This document shows, in pieces, positions 62,580 through 64,000 of a stretch of DNA of 64,000 nt. Under the pieces are notes generated by a model, which searched no databases, was not told the origin of the DNA, and saw only the letters and a list, made by a program, of their open reading frames with translations. The translations under genes were made by a program, and so were the position numbers. The stretch comes from Mobula hypostoma (taxonomy: Eukaryota): assembly GCF_963921235.1 (NCBI RefSeq), contig NC_086097.1, positions 204,664,001 to 204,728,000 on the forward strand. Direction: 5' to 3'. Within the stretch, counting starts at the first letter, position 1. Every line of letters begins with the position of its first letter.

Positions 62580-64000
62580 AAAGAAGTGTTCAATAATGAT
62601 GCTTTAAAATCGTGCTTGGGCATACTGTTTGGAAAGTATGCAGAAATATTCAGATACAGACGTGGGTATTGTAAGTTAAAATGTCCATAGTCATATGATA
62701 TCACCTGTTGCAAAACCAAGCTATATTAGGCCTTGGCCTGTCCCCAAAAATGGTAACAGCCAGCTAGAGGATGAGTTAGATAAATTAGAAGAGATGAAGA
62801 TTGGACATGATAAATAGCTAAGCAACACGAATCTAAAGTGCATAAGACTATTCAACCATATGCTGAGTGTAAGGTGAGATAGAATTGGGTGGTTGGTGGT
62901 CAACAGTACGCGCTGAAATTCCATGCTGAATGTTCATCAGACAAAGTTGCCACCAAACTCAATCTCTCACACACATCTGCTATGATAAATGTAGAAAAGG
63001 GGAACTTATGTTATTTGGCAATTAATATACCTAAGAATCATGGTATTGGTATGCATCTGTATTTCATGTGAAAGATCTTTCATTCTACTATGGGTAATAT
63101 ATTAATAGTCAATAATCCAAAAGAAGGAAATCTTCAAATATAGAAGTCTTCAAACAACTAAGCGAATTAATGCTCAAAAATATAAGCAAGTGTGCATTTC
63201 CACAGGATTACTAACTTATCCTTATAAACATTAATTGGATTGCAGCCACTAAAAGTAAATGGAAGCAATTATAAAGACAAGTAAGTCTGGAAATATTCAG
63301 GGTTTTAGATCCAAGACAACGAAGACATCTTTACACAATTGAAATAGGCAACGAGACCTTTCCAATAAGTACACATTAATTGTTGTTAGAATGGAACAGA
63401 TAACACTCAATGTGGTGATTCTTGTATTGTGACAGAATGTGTTATCAAAGAAGTTTAGATCCATCATGGCTTCCAAGGAAATTAGTCTCAGATAATGCTC
63501 TTCTGGTTTGTTCACTTCTATTTGGGAACTCTGCAAAACAAGATCATATCGACCACACATTTAGTTTACCGTATATGCAGTGTCAGTGGTGGAGTAGGAG
63601 GATCAATTAAAATGTTCAAAGGAGATTTTGTTGGAAGTATGTTGGAATTTAATGGTGAGAAATTGATAAGACACAGGATGATGGCACATTCTATAGTAGG
63701 TGATACTCCAGCTCAGTTATTATTGTGTAGACGATTCAGCAGATTTGAGCTCAGTTCAGCTAAATCTTGAAAGAATGAAGCAGTAATGAAATTTTAAGCT
63801 AAGCAAGGACAAAACTGTATTAACAATGTGATAAAATCTTTAAGATCACCTGAGGAAAGTAATCTTAGAAAATGAGATGATGGAGTGACAGTCGGTGCAA
63901 GCAGTACAAAGAAATGTTTTGCGAAAATAGAAGGTAGAGTTCAGAAGTGTTCAGTACACATAAGCTGATTATCTGATGAAAGAAATATTCAGGCAAATAT
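62580..64000 (+). mobile_element. Ancient Gypsy pol relic (RT N-terminus, integrase)
   Basis: AKPSYIRPWPVP..QLEDELDKLEEMKI (from 62701), LPRKLVSDNA and HSIVGDTPAQLLLCRR. Confidence 0.75.

Overview
This is eukaryotic genomic DNA from a vertebrate. The repeat complement (CR1, Rex1, Penelope pLTRs, V-SINE and DeuSINE relics, Tx1, Nimb) suggests a cartilaginous fish, probably a ray; this is an inference. I found no intact host protein-coding sequence, and nearly all long ORFs in the track are decayed transposon fragments. 1-16 kb is a nested transposon pile: a Gypsy provirus with PNMA-like gag, tRNA-Pro PBS and a pol frame of at least 454 codons that runs off the window edge; Rex1; CR1; and a Nimb/I-group LINE carrying a solo LTR, a YY1-headed non-autonomous retroposon and a Chapaev3-like DNA transposon. 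About 16-19.5 kb is a CpG-rich promoter-like region with a probable non-coding first exon on the + strand (donor at 17350/17351) that contains several uORFs. 17.4-64 kb behaves as a long first intron of an unidentified gene. It holds many TE relics, TE-poor AT-rich blocks that may be enhancers, decayed Penelope hammerhead ribozymes, a fold-back inverted repeat, a dense YCAY cluster and two unexplained diverged direct duplications. I cannot demonstrate a wholly new system from sequence alone. All family assignments come from motif recognition by eye, with no database search, and boundaries without TSDs are approximate.
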